Positions 28,135 through 40,056 of a DNA stretch of 64,000 nt are shown in pieces; positions within the stretch are counted from its first letter, which is position 1; the number at the start of each line of letters is the position of its first letter. The position numbers and the translations under genes were made by a program. Source of the DNA: an uncultured virus (IMG/VR IMGVR_UViG_3300027896_000016) (lineage: Duplodnaviria; Heunggongvirae; Uroviricota; Caudoviricetes); the IMG/VR virus record IMGVR_UViG_3300027896_000016. One strand, 5' to 3'. Under the pieces are notes generated by a model, which was given only the letters and a program-made list of their open reading frames with translations, did not search any database and had not been told where the DNA came from.

Positions 28135-28452
28135 ATGGAAGACAAAGAAATAAATAATTTAATTGGTCAAAAATTATTTAATGATGTTTATATGTCCATG
28201 TCAAATGTAGAGTGTATGAATTATGAACCTACTAAAAATTTGAATCAAGCGTGGCAATGTTTACAAAAATTGCCAAAAGGCGTTTATTTTACCGTAACAA
28301 TAAATAAGGGTCGTTATTTAATAAATCTTATAGACGAAAATATTGTTACAAAAGGTTGGGCTTATTGTGACGATTTAAGTGAGGCCAATTTCGCGCGGGC
28401 GATTTGCGTGGCGATGTTGAGGCTTATTGGGGAGTATAAGGAAGAAAAATGA
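28135..28452 (+). CDS. Phage ABA-sandwich-like protein, divergent paralog
   Basis: EINNLIGQKL...YEPTKNLNQAW...NFARAICVAML. Confidence 0.6.
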   Translation: MEDKEINNLIGQKLFNDVYMSMSNVECMNYEPTKNLNQAWQCLQKLPKGVYFTVTINKGRYLINLIDENIVTKGWAYCDDLSEANFARAICVAMLRLIGEYKEEK

Positions 28453-31400
28453 CAAATGAAGAAGTTCAAAAACTCGATCATGGTCTTTATCGTATTTTTT
28501 GGAAAGATGGCAGTACTTCTCTTGCCGCGATTGGTAGCAATAAAAAGGGCAAACGTTGGCTTGCACCGACAAATTGGGTTACTGTTTCTAGTTTTGATAG
28601 ACATGTTGTGGATTGGTCTTTTATAGAAAAAGTCGTTTTACTGGCGAGACAAGGAGAAAATATGATCCCATTTACTCAGTTTGTTAGAAACATGAATTAT
28701 CCGCCTATTCCTGTAAGTCCGATGTTTATTGCGATAAATGGTCACTGGTGTTTGTGTTTGAACGGTCCAGATGATGAAGATAATATTTGGCGATTAGATA
28801 AGGTGATTATGTGGCAACGTTTTATTGTAGCTTGTACGGCTGAAGTAGAGTGGCTAAAGATCGCAGAAGAAGAAAAGAATCGACGTAGACAAATAATTGC
28901 TGGATCTTATAGGGAAAGTATTGATAAAGAAAATGAGTGTCGTTCAAATGCTAAGTTGTGGCGAGAATGGGGTAATACTTTTGTAGAATTAAAAATAAGT
29001 GAGAAACAAAAGAGGAAAATATGAAAAAGATGATTTTGGAAATAATTGACGATCATTCAGGTGGAATAAAATTTACCGAGTTAATTTGTGACGTAACTGA
29101 GTATTTGTGTAAAGAGAAGAAATCTATTTCGCCAGATTTATCAGATATATTAGAACAGGTAATTTCTGAAATGTCAGAATTAAAGATTTTGGATTATGGT
29201 ATGATAATGGGTGATACTATAAGACATAAAATGTTTGTATATAGACCATTAGATAATGGTATTAATCTTTTTGTAAAAGAAGTAAATAAAGCATTGAATA
29301 AGGAGAAAAAGTAATGACACAAATGCCAGTACTTATTCATTTAGAATGTCATGAGCATAATTGTTCTTTGTGTCTTCAGGCTCATATTGATTTGGGTAAT
29401 TATTTATCTGAGCAAACTGGTACACGTAATGAAGTGGATCATCTTGCTAAATATCGAACATGGTTGGAAAAGAGATTAAATAAGACAATGGAAACAGAAC
29501 ATGGTTGGGCATGTCCTGAAGTGTTTGAAGAAGATAATATTAAGGCTTATATTGTAGATTGGCAAAATAAAATAATGGAAATACACGAAAGAAAAATTAT
29601 TGGTAGTGTGATGGAGGATAAATAATGAATCTCGAAATTACCGACGAAATCATCGATTTATTTATGGATAGATTTTGTCATTGCGGCACTGAAGGAACAG
29701 TTACTTGTGGTTTTTGCGGCAAGAAATTTGAAGGTTCAAAAGACGAATCTGTTTCTTTTGGCGAATTTGAAGGTAGACCGATAGTTTACGAATGTCATTG
29801 TGATAAAGTTAAAAAGTATGTTGCATTTCTTGTCTCATATCGCCGCGAAATTACGGAATTTTTCTTATATCTTTCAAATCGAGAACGTGCCGATGCCGAA
29901 ACTTTATATCAGGATTTGAAGATAGTTGACAATAATAACGAGAAAGTGGCAAAGATTGGAATATCAATTTCGCGTGAAGAGGCGTTGAAAATAAGTAGAC
30001 AAGTTCTTGAACGAGCAGAACGAGAACGTTTGGAGCAAAAATAATGTCTCACCCAATAATCCCGATAAGCCCTAGATTCAATAAAATCGACGGCAAGGAT
30101 TATTTCTTTCTTTATGGCATGGGCCTACAAGAAATCGACCGTCTGGAAGGCTATGCCATAGATGATTGTGCGAATTGTGCGTATACGACATATGAAACTA
30201 AATATTTAGAAACTCTTGCTTTAGAATGGTTAGATTGGGCTAGGGAAAAACTTAGCGAGGGGTATGTATCATGAAACGATGCTGCAAAGATTGCGAATAT
30301 TCACAATTATATTGTCCTGGTAAATCTGATGATTCTTATCAGTGTAGACGACATGCTCCTGTTTTTCCGGGTAATAGTGCATTACCAGCATTTCCATTAA
30401 TGGGCGGCAAAAGTTGGTGCGGCGATTTTAAAAAGAAGAAAGAAGGCGCAAAATGAAAAAGTGTTGCGTAATGTGTGAATACATTTTCAGTGTACAAAAT
30501 AGAGTTGTTCTTACGGAAAATTCTGAAGTAAAAATAACTCCCGAGCAAAGAAAAATGCTTGAGAATTTTGTCCATTATGAGTGTACAAGATATCCGCCTC
30601 CATTTCCTACAATAATGAAACCTGATAATTTGTTGTGTGGCGAATTTAAAAAGAAAGGTACAAAATGACGTGTAAATTTTGCGGTAAGGAAATTGACAAG
30701 AATAACAAGAGTTATATGGAAATTGGTACTACATATATGGATGAAAATGTCCATCTTTATATTAACGAAGGAGATAAACTTTTATATAAAAATGAAGATG
30801 ATGAAAGTAATTGGATTTTAAAGTTTTGCGATCTTGTTTGTTTAATTTTCTGGATTCGGCGGCTAAAGGAATTGGCGAATGATAGTAAGTAAATTAATTG
30901 AAATTCTCAAGGAAATGCCGCAAGATGCTCCAATTGCATATATTTATAATGGTAGACTTTATTCTTTAACTAAATTTAAAGCATGTTCTGGGTTTGAAGG
31001 GAATAAAACACTTGTTGTATTTGATATTGGGTCTGCAAAAGATATTTGTGCTGTGGTGAGTAAATTTGGCGAGGAATTTATTAATGATGACAAAAACTAC
31101 TGGTGAGAGTATAACAATCTGCGATTTTTGTGGTAAGAAAATTGGCAAAAGAAATAAAAAATATATAACATTATGCGCGTTTTATTTTAATGACGATTTT
31201 GCTATTTATATTGGTCGTAAAAAGGTATTTCATAGCTCAGATAATGCTAATCTTTGTGATAAAAAGTGTCTTGTTTCTTGGCTTGATAAACTAGAAAATA
31301 CGGAAGGAGTTGGGTATCCAAGTGGCCACAAAACAAACAACGCCTGAACAAATATTTAAACTAGAGACGTATATGAAGCCCTATCAGTACGAGAACGAAT

Positions 31401-32127
31401 GTGCTATGGAAGCAGCAATACGACGAATAGAAACTCTTTCAAGCAACATTGAAATGTTTTTAGCACAAGATAAAAAGAAGCATCTAAAAATTGAACCAAA
31501 ATCTAAATGCGAATTTTGCGGTAGAGAAATTATTTTCAGGGCCGATGATAAAGAACAATTTAGTATTAGGCCGGAATATAATCATACTTTGGTTAGAATT
31601 TGCACTAATAATAGATTTCTTGAATCTTGGCAAGATTCTCTGGATTTTTGTAATATTCAACATTTTGTGTTGTGGTATGAAGATCTAAAGAAAAAGCATA
31701 ATGGAGTGTCAATAAATGACTGAAAAAGAACTTAAACTTGCAAAGAAAAATATTGACACAATGACGCACCGCGAAATGGCGCAAGTTTATCGTTTTGCGC
31801 CCGCCGGTGATTTGCGCTTTCTTGATGGTAAATTGAACGACTATTTTATGGAAAAATTTAAATCTTTTGGTGGTATGACTTCCGCGATATCTAAGGAAAT
31901 TGGATTAGTTCAAACTGAAAAAATTAGGGGAATTTTCAATGACTAAGTGTGATCATTGCAAAGAAGCCGTAAATACCCAAAGTAGTAATTACATCAAAAT
32001 CGAAAGTTTTGGCGATGTCGTTATTTGGGTGGGCCGTGGCAAGGTCAAAGAAATTTTTAAGAGCGTAATATTTTGTAATACTGTATGTTTTGTGAATTGG
32101 GTGATGGCGCTTAAAAAGAAAGGTTAA
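28449..32127 (+). CDS. Run of about 14 small hypothetical genes, many with Cys-rich Zn-finger (CxxC...FC/LC, TRASH-like) motifs
   Basis: Coupled ORFs; 30665, 31087, 31310 and 31939 share C-x2-C-(G)-K-x-I...(F/L)C-x3-C(L/F)-x2-W; 30271 and 30453 are paralogs. Confidence 0.55.
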
Positions 32128-32128
32128 T

Positions 32129-32497
32129 ATGAAGGTTATTATCGCCGGAAGTCGCACGATTACAAATCTTCTTATTGTAAGTAATGCAATAAATCAAAGT
32201 GGTTTTAAAATATCTGAGGTTGTATCAGGTTGTGCTAAGGGTGTAGATGAATTAGGTGAAATATGGGCAAATTATAATTGGATTCGTATTAAAAAATTTC
32301 CTGCTAATTGGAAAGAATTTGGCAAAAGTGCTGGTTACTTAAGAAATCAACAAATGGCAGATTATGCCGAAGCATTGATCGCAGTATGGGATGGCATTAG
32401 CAAAGGCACAAAGCACATGATTGACATTGCTAGAAAGAAGAATTTGAAAGTTTTTGTGTTTACTGTAGAAAGGGATAAGAATGAGGGAAATTACTAA
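32129..32497 (+). CDS. SLOG-family (YspA/DUF2493-like) protein
   Basis: MKVIIAGSRT..., VVSGCAKGVDELGE, SAGYLRNQQMADYAEALIAVWDG.SKGT.HMI. Confidence 0.85.
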   Translation: MKVIIAGSRTITNLLIVSNAINQSGFKISEVVSGCAKGVDELGEIWANYNWIRIKKFPANWKEFGKSAGYLRNQQMADYAEALIAVWDGISKGTKHMIDIARKKNLKVFVFTVERDKNEGNY

Positions 32498-33076
32498 AGG
32501 AGCAAAAGCGGGACAAGAGTTAGCCGATGCGTTGATAAATTGGGCACATTTATTTTATCAAAAAGACACAGCACAAAGGGTTTTGAGGGCTATGATTTCT
32601 CATTTACAAAAAAGATTGAAAGAATTTGAAAGGAGTAAAAATGGCCAGATACGAGAACGGCATTGACGAAATCGACGTTGGCGACACTATAATCAGTAAA
32701 GACAAGAAAATTCTCGGCATTCTTATTACATTCGGCCCGTCTATGAATGACCAAAATAATGCCGAAATAATTGTCGCGCAGACTCTTTTGGACGGTGTAT
32801 GGTCTAGAGAATCTATATTATTAGAAAGACCCTTTAGGGATATGACTGAAGTATGGCAAGAAAATTCGCCAAGATATGAAAATAATTCTGAAGCGGTTAT
32901 TACTGGTGATACTTTTGTTAATTATGAAAAAGGAATAGTTGGTACTGTAGTTGCAGTTGGTGAAATAGATTGCCAATCATCTAGAAAATTTGACGCAAGA
33001 CTTTTAGTTGCCAAAGTTGTTTTAGTCAAGGGCATGTCCCGAGATTTTAGTTTGGTACGAAGAAAGGTTCTATAAA

Positions 33077-33720
33077 ATGAAAATCATTAACCTGGATAGT
33101 TTACATCTACAAAGAGATACTAATGGTAAGTATTATTTATGTGAAGTGATATATAGTAATCCTTGTGCTGCTCGATTTAATAAAATTTGTGAAATAAATA
33201 AGTCAAGTATTACTAATTCTCTTTTACCTGGAAGATTTATGAAATTTTCTTATATATTTTGTAGTAAGGAGAAAGAAAAATGAAAAACATTAACCTGGAT
33301 AGTCTGCACTTAAGAAGAAACTATAATGGCACATATTCTTTATTTTCCACAAATTACAAAAGAAAGAATAGAAAGATTATTCGTTCCGAACAGGATATTT
33401 GCAAGATAAATTCGGAGAGTATTACTAATCCACTTAGACCTGGACTTGATGAACGTCTTTCTGTTATATTTTGGCATGATTCTTTTATCTCAAGAAAGAA
33501 ACTTGCACGTTATGGTTGGGCCACACTTAGGCTTGAATGCTACCGCGAATTGGGCTATGCTTTGGTCTACATGGACCATTTGAATCGTCCTTGGGAAAGG
33601 ACGCAAAGAAGGCGCGTGATAGCTCTATGTGAAGAGGTAGCCCGCGTAGGTCGCAAAGAGCATCTTGAACGAATGAAATGGCACCAGAAACATCCTAGAA
33701 AGAGTCAGAAGGTAAATTAG
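33077..33720 (+). CDS. Tandem paralog pair (33077-33283, 33280-33720)
   Basis: Both begin MK.INLDSLHL.R..NG.Y.L and share IC.IN..SITN.L.PG. Confidence 0.6.
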
Positions 33721-33799
33721 GCAGAATTAAAGAAATTCTGGTTAGATATGTTGCGTCGAATTGATGATGAAATTGAGAATATGTGTTAAGGAGAAATAG

Positions 33800-34230
33800 A
33801 TGGACAATCAGACGAGACTTGGCTGTATATTCATTATATTAGTTTTTGCCGCTGCAATTTGTTTTGCTCTTGCCTTTATTTTTAGTACTTGTAAATATAC
33901 TAGTATTCGGGCCGAAGCTGTTAAGAGAGGCTATGCCGAATGGTATTATCCTGAAAATAGTGATTGTCTTGACTGGCGATGGAAAGAGTTGCCAGAGAAG
34001 AAAGGTGAGAAATAATGGATAGAGACGAAAGACGTGGCTGTATAGGCATTGTGACGGCGATAATTGTTATTATAGTTTTGGCATTTTGTTTGGGCATGGA
34101 AATTAATCTAAATGATAATCTTAAGGCTGAAGCTGTTAAAAGAGATTATGCTGAATGGTATTATCCTGAGAATAGTAATAAGCCACAATGGCGCTGGAAA
34201 GAATTGCCAGAAAAGAAAGGTGAGAAGTAA
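33800..34230 (+). CDS. Tandem duplicated small membrane-anchored proteins (33800-34015, 34015-34230)
   Basis: N-terminal TM helix; shared AEAVKR.YAEWYYPENS....WRWKELPEKKGEK. Confidence 0.7.
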
Positions 34231-34796
34231 TGTCTGAATCTTGCGAAGATTGCCGAATTAGAAAAGAACACGAAAAGAAAAGATGTTATATTACTGGTAT
34301 TGTATCATGGGAGAATTTATTAACTTGTATATTCAATATTATAGATAGAGATCCAGAATTGACTAGTTGGGACGCCGAAAGATTGGAAAACGCCGCCGCG
34401 AGAATTAGGCGAAATATAAAGGATAAGAAAAATGATTGATTATATTATAATGGGTGTGATGCTTGGAATAATAATTGCATTTGCGTGGTAGTATTTTTCT
34501 CTCGTAAAGGGGAACTATAGAATGCTCGAAATGACCGGATGTTTTATACAAGATCATTGGGGAAAAGATGCGGCGATTGAATGGCTAGAATCACTAAAGA
34601 AATTGTATGAAAGGGATAAAAAGAATGCCTGAAATAAAACTAGCAGTATGTAGACCTACTTATATAACATGGAAACAAACCTTAGATATTTTATCTTATA
34701 TGGCGAAAAATTGGCCCGATAAAATGACAATTTCTGATGCAGAAAAATTGGAAGATTTGGCCGCGAAAATCCGGCAAATAGTAAGGGATAGAGAAA

Positions 34797-35237
34797 ATGC
34801 CTAAAATTCCCAAAGCTATAGGTAAATTTACCAAACCAAATATTTGGGACAAAATGCGAAGGCGCGTAACAAAATATAATGGCATAAATTTAGGCGAGCA
34901 AACAATTGATCCCGGCGTAGTCTTTTTTGTGGCCGCATTGAACTATCTTGGTGCAAAGACAAGATATTCTTGCGAAGGGCATCCCGATGGATTTTATATT
35001 GAATTTAGAGGTACATATAAATTTGCCAGAAAAATTAATTCTGTTGGATTCTTTGGAACAGAAATAGCTTGGCGTAATTGGTGGTGTATAAGAGGGCATG
35101 ATAACGACAATATGAAAAGTCATGTTGATTGTTTAAGATGGGCCGCTGATACTTGGCAGAAAAAGCTTGGGCTGACAGTTAGTGGTTTGGTTAGTGCTCT
35201 TAAAAAGAATGGATTTAATGTAAGGAGTATGGAATGA
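34797..35237 (+). CDS. Hypothetical protein with a TYW3-like T-x-x-S-C-E-G-H motif
   Basis: IDPG...VAALNYLGAKTRYSCEGHP. Confidence 0.5.
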   Translation: MPKIPKAIGKFTKPNIWDKMRRRVTKYNGINLGEQTIDPGVVFFVAALNYLGAKTRYSCEGHPDGFYIEFRGTYKFARKINSVGFFGTEIAWRNWWCIRGHDNDNMKSHVDCLRWAADTWQKKLGLTVSGLVSALKKNGFNVRSME

Positions 35238-35469
35238 AAGTAGCAATGAATATTTGCGAAATAAGATTTGGAACCGAAGGTGATTTAACTCATGTTTATG
35301 TTTATTTAGAGGTTATTCCTGGTTGTTTAATTAGTTCACTTCAATTTCAGGGTTGGCATCATAAAACATTTCCTCGTTCTGACGGTTTTCTTCCAATTTT
35401 GAAGTATATTATTGATAACGATGATCCTACATTGTGGCCATTAGAAAGTCCGAATTTGGAGGATAGAAA

Positions 35470-35877
35470 ATGAGAGTAAGTGATGCTGAGATTAATGCTT
35501 TTATTGCCGAGAAGATTATGGGATATAAATGGATGATAAGATATCCTCTTAATAAAATTTATTTAATTCCACCTTTCGATCAAAATGAGTGGTGGAGAAG
35601 TCCTAATGAATGTTCTAAAAAAGGTAAAAGTTGGGATTGTTTTGTTCCAAATTATATTAATAATGTTGATGAATCTTTAAATGTTATAAAAACTCTTGAA
35701 AAAAGAAGAATGATAAGAGGATTGTTTGATGTTTATATTAATGTGTTATTAGAAGGGAATTGGAATGTTAGAGGTAGACTAACTGCTAAAATAAATTCTT
35801 CACTTGCTCGTGCTCTTTGTTTGGCAATTTATAAGTTTTATAAGGAGAGGACAAATGGTACGAAAAGAACCAAGTGA
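35470..35877 (+). CDS. Phage ABA-sandwich domain protein, paralog 3
   Basis: EINAFIAEKIMGYKW...VPNY...SLARALCLAIY. Confidence 0.7.
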   Translation: MRVSDAEINAFIAEKIMGYKWMIRYPLNKIYLIPPFDQNEWWRSPNECSKKGKSWDCFVPNYINNVDESLNVIKTLEKRRMIRGLFDVYINVLLEGNWNVRGRLTAKINSSLARALCLAIYKFYKERTNGTKRTK

Positions 35878-36283
35878 CAAAGAAATTAATGTTTTTATTG
35901 CTGAAAAGATTATGAAATTTAAGTGGATGGTGAATAAAATTGAAAGAGAAGGACCGACAGTATTCAATAAAATGTTTTTAATTCCACATAATTGTTATAA
36001 TCGTCGCAGTTTATGGAAGAAGCCCATGAAAAATTCCAAAAAAGCTCAATATTGTTATTATAAAGTTCCAGATTATATGAATAGTCCAGAAGAATTTTTT
36101 AATGTTATTGAAATGTTTAAGAAACAAGAAAGTTTTGGTATTAAAATAATTTCTGATAAAAATAGAGAAGGTTGGGAAATTATTTTTTATGATGATAAAG
36201 ATAAACTTAGTCTTTCAAAAGATTTTTCTTTTTATCGTGCAATTTATTTGGCAATGTATAAGTTATATAAAGATAAGAAATGA
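35855..36283 (+). CDS. Phage ABA-sandwich domain protein, paralog 4
   Basis: EINVFIAEKIMKFKW...VPDY...SFYRAIYLAMY. Confidence 0.7.
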   Translation: MVRKEPSDKEINVFIAEKIMKFKWMVNKIEREGPTVFNKMFLIPHNCYNRRSLWKKPMKNSKKAQYCYYKVPDYMNSPEEFFNVIEMFKKQESFGIKIISDKNREGWEIIFYDDKDKLSLSKDFSFYRAIYLAMYKLYKDKK

Positions 36284-36679
36284 TAACTCTCTCCCTAATT
36301 TTGGCCGCATACTTCATGGTAATCGGTTATCTAGCGGGCCGTTTGATTGAACTTCTTATAGTGGAGGATGAAAATGGAAGATAAAGATGGATGTTATATT
36401 TGTGGTGCTATAGCTATTCTTTTTATTTGTATAGCAGCTACCCATATTGCGGATGTTATCTTTTCAAAGCCAAGCGAAGATAGAATTCAGAAATTAGAAA
36501 AGCGAATAGAAGAATTAGAGAAAAAGATCTTGACGCCGGAAAAGAAATCGGAGTAAGATAATGGATATACTAATATGGATAGAAAGAGTGTTAGCGATAG
36601 TTGGTGCTTTCGTTATATTCTATTGTATTATGGTGTTGATTCTTAGGTTGATTCTTTATAATACCCCAAATCATCGATT

Positions 36680-36930
36680 GTGAATTTTCCAAAACCCGAT
36701 AATTCACACTTTTGCCTTAATAAGCGAAAACTCACACTTTCTAACTCGATATTTCGGGATTTTGGCGGAATTTTCGATAGTGATTGAGTAGGCCAAATAA
36801 GACAACAGTTATATAACATTTGTTATATAGATCGGTAGAGTCATAAACCCTTGTCAGATAAGGACTTATGACTTCCTTCTACAGGAATACAACAGAATAC
36901 ATGTTCTGGTGTAAATTTTTTGCTCTAGGA
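36680..36930. promoter_or_regulatory. Non-coding regulatory or recombination region sharing motifs with 3396-3960
   Basis: TATAACATTTGTTATA (36812-36827) is the reverse complement of the 3537 motif; 14-7-14 inverted repeat at 36839-36873; AA(T/C)TCACACTTT direct repeat. Confidence 0.55.
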
Positions 36931-37613
36931 TGGCCTTCCGGCCCTATCCAGGCCAAATGGCGCTAGGGTTGGCCCAAAAGGGCATAAAGTGCCGGGGCTA
37001 TCCCGATTTAGCAAGCGAAAGGATCGGTTTTCAAATGGCGAAGAAGGAAAAGAGTAAGCAAAAGCCCCAAAAGTTTGAAGATCGGCCTACACCGTGTTGT
37101 AATGTAGGAATGAAGTTGTTTAGAGATGAATATCGTTGCCGAAAATGTGGTAGGATATGGGCTATAGCGTAAGAAAGGTGGCGAGATGAACACTGAGATA
37201 AAAGAGTTTAGGAAAAGTTACCGTAAGGCAAAAGAAGGCTTTCATTTTGTTAAAGTCAATGGTTGGAATGGACGTTATTTGTTCCGTTATAATGATTGTG
37301 TTGCATGGGACAATATTATAACGATAGGCCCAAGGAAATTTTGGTTAATGAATCATGGTAAGGGGAAATATGAGTTGATAGAAATTCCAAAGTCAATTAC
37401 AAAGAAAATGTTTCAATGTGTTGAGCTTGTGATGGAGAAGCAGTAGTATGACCCTCAAACCCATTTACCTAGTAGGCGACCCAATTAATTTTTGCCAATT
37501 GTCCGCGTTCGATCCATTGAAACAAGGTTTGTATGATCGTCTTGATTTCTTGCGGGCGGGCCTTGTAAATATTTTCGACAATAAGGACAATGCTAAAGAA
37601 TTTTATAAGACGT

Positions 37614-37872
37614 GTCAATGGCCAGTTTCTAAAATGGTTTGAAAGTCCCTCCAAAGGGCAACTTTCAACGTAAGCATTGACTAGACAACGATTGGAAAGG
37701 AGGTTAAAGACAAAAGAAAATTCCAATCAAACTGAACAATCTACCCGTGGAAGGGTGAAACACGTTGCGAATGCTACCCTAGTTTGCATCCTCTGTGATT
37801 GTCAGTGTCGAAGGGTTGTATACATGATAGAGTTTTCTTTGAATTGCCTAAAACGATTCAAGGAATTTTGGA
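37614..37872 (+). ncRNA. omegaRNA scaffold of IsrB copy 2, with an extra hairpin relative to copy 1
   Basis: Conserved leader; insertion GATTGGAA...TTCCAATC near 37690-37728. Confidence 0.7.
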
Positions 37873-37879
37873 GAAGCAA

Positions 37880-38917
37880 ATGAAGAAAGTAATGGTTCCT
37901 GTAGTAGACAAAAATAATAAGCCACTTATGCCAACTAGTTGTTGGAGAGCTTCCAAGTGGATTAAGTCTAGAAAGGCTACTCCATTTTGGAAACATGGTA
38001 TATTTTGTGTACGATTAAACGTAGAACCTTCTGCCAGAAATATGCAACCTATAGCAGTAGGTATTGATCCAGGTAGCAAAAGAGAAGCATTTACTGTTAA
38101 ATCTAAGAAGAATACCTATGTAAATATTCTGACACATGCCGTTACTCATGTTAAAGATGTGATGGAAGATAGAAAAAGTGCTCGTAAAAGTCGCCGATTT
38201 AGAAAAACACCATATAGAAAACAAAGAAAAAATAGGAAAATGGGTGGACTACCACCTTCTACTAAAGCTAGATGGCAGTTGAAACTTAGGGTTATTAATA
38301 AGCTTATTAAAATTTTTCCAATTTCTCAATTTGTAGTAGAAAACATTAAAGCCGTAACAACTGGACAAAAAAGATGGGATTCTAATTTTAGTCCATTAGG
38401 GGCTGGCAAGAAATGGTTTTATGGCGAGCTTAGAAAAATTGCTCCAGTTAAGCTTATGCAAGGTTGGGAAACTTGTAATTTAAGAAATCGACTTGGACTT
38501 GAGAAAACTTATTCAAAATTGGATGAAAAATTTTCGGTACATAATGTTGATAGTTGGACTTTAGCTTGGAGTGGGGTTGGCGGAAAAGAAAAACCAGATA
38601 ATGAATCTTTATTAATTTTAGTTTCACTAAGATTTCATCGAAGACAATTACATTATTGTAATTTTTTTAAGGGGGGAAAACGACGTTTATATGGAGGAAC
38701 AAGAAGTTTAGGGTTAAAACGGGGAAGTTTAGTAGATCATTCAGAATATGGACTTTGTTATGTTGGTGGATCATCTAAAGGTATGATAAGTTTACATTCA
38801 CTTGTAGATGGTTGCAGAATTTATCAAAAAGTTAAATTGAAAGATATTAAATTTAAATGTTATAGTAGTTTTAGATTTTATACAGAGAAAGATATTACTG
38901 ATCCTTTTGTTGCTTAA
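37880..38917 (+). CDS. isrB: IsrB RNA-guided nickase (345 aa, intact)
   Basis: KPLMPT, GIDPG, RKSRRFRKTPYRK, VVENIK, SVHNVDSW; no HNH domain. Confidence 0.85.
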   Translation: MKKVMVPVVDKNNKPLMPTSCWRASKWIKSRKATPFWKHGIFCVRLNVEPSARNMQPIAVGIDPGSKREAFTVKSKKNTYVNILTHAVTHVKDVMEDRKSARKSRRFRKTPYRKQRKNRKMGGLPPSTKARWQLKLRVINKLIKIFPISQFVVENIKAVTTGQKRWDSNFSPLGAGKKWFYGELRKIAPVKLMQGWETCNLRNRLGLEKTYSKLDEKFSVHNVDSWTLAWSGVGGKEKPDNESLLILVSLRFHRRQLHYCNFFKGGKRRLYGGTRSLGLKRGSLVDHSEYGLCYVGGSSKGMISLHSLVDGCRIYQKVKLKDIKFKCYSSFRFYTEKDITDPFVA

Positions 38918-39266
38918 GGTATAAAATTTTGAAGAAAGGAATTTAAATGGGCGCAAAATACGTCTACCTAGTCGAATGCGCAAATGAAATCATTGCTGGT
39001 GCTACAGATGTAATCGCCGTGTGCGGATCATTGCGCACCGCCAAAAGAATTAAAGGTTGGCAGGTAATTTCAAAAATGGCTTTGAATAAGCCATATTATA
39101 ATGAACTTGGTAACTTAAAGCATTGGCATTCAAAGAGAGATATAAGTCCTGAAGATTGTATTGTTAAGGGCAAGGTTACAGTGTCCAAGAAGTCCAAAAA
39201 GTTTGTTACTGCGAATGCGTTGGATACTATATTAGATGATCTCTATAATGAGAAAGGCGGTAAATA

Positions 39267-39647
39267 ATGTCTCTCTTAACCGAAGTGCGCCATTTCAAAA
39301 CTTGCGATCAGTATGCGGGTCTTGTTGAAGCATTAGAAATAGCGAAAACACAGCATTGTGATGTTCATCTTGACGTTGGTGTTAGTGGTTGTGGATGTAT
39401 CACATTGAATATAACTGAACATGATACATTTGAGCAATTACAAGTTTGGCTTAAGGATGGGATTGAGGCGTCAAATGAGTTACTTAGAGAAAAAGAAATT
39501 GAAAGGGCTATAAGAAAAGAAGAACTTGAAAAACTTTTCAGAGAGGATGAACTAGACGAGCTTGTAAAAGAAGAAAGACGAGTCGGAAAATTAATGCGGA
39601 AGGAAGAGAGAAAAAGAAGGAGAAAAGGAGAAATTCCATGCACCTAA
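39267..39647 (+). CDS. Hypothetical protein (paralog of 41619-41870)
   Basis: MS(L/V)LT.V.HF.T.D.(Y/F).G...A...A....C.V.L..G.. Confidence 0.6.
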   Translation: MSLLTEVRHFKTCDQYAGLVEALEIAKTQHCDVHLDVGVSGCGCITLNITEHDTFEQLQVWLKDGIEASNELLREKEIERAIRKEELEKLFREDELDELVKEERRVGKLMRKEERKRRRKGEIPCT

Positions 39648-40056
39648 CAAGTTGCTCAGAGTTAGTTGTCGAAACCAAAATAATGGACCCGCAACAGGCG
39701 TTTGCTATTTTTGAGCCGTTGTTCAAGGAATTGCAATGGCAAACATGCCCGCCGTTTTCTTTGGAGATGTTGCAGAAAATGAAACAACAGTATGAGAAGC
39801 CACCCAAAGTTGATGAAGATGGTGAGAGCGACTCAATAAGTGTCGAAGTTTTTGATTGCGAAGGTAATGGCTGTGGCTTCTATTATGGTACGGATGGTTG
39901 TAATTCTGAACATCATGGGTATTTCTTTGAATCTAGTGATTGTGAGTACAAAGCGTTTCCAATTTTCAAGGAGGCAATTGATAGGCTAAAACAGGCCACT
40001 CTAATTACAGTTGATGGTGGTCACAGTGATGTATATCAAGAGTGGGAGATGTCGCT

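Larger units (their letters stand above)
37614..38917 (+). mobile_element. IS200/IS605-superfamily non-autonomous IsrB (OMEGA) element, copy 2, overlapping the 3' end of ORF 37448
   Basis: Same left end and leader as 15799; intact ORF; no tnpA; right end approximate. Confidence 0.8.

Noticed and set aside
15948..38917. IscB/Cas9 or TnpB call for the RRXRR ORFs
   Set aside because: About 345 aa, PLMP N-terminus, no HNH and no TnpB Zn ribbon; this fits IsrB
39073..39087. 14/15 match of decoded unit 11794-11825 (AAA ATG GCC TTG AAT) to AAAATGGCTTTGAAT
   Set aside because: A single by-eye hit; plausible by chance given 27 units, two strands and AT-rich sequence; needs a systematic search
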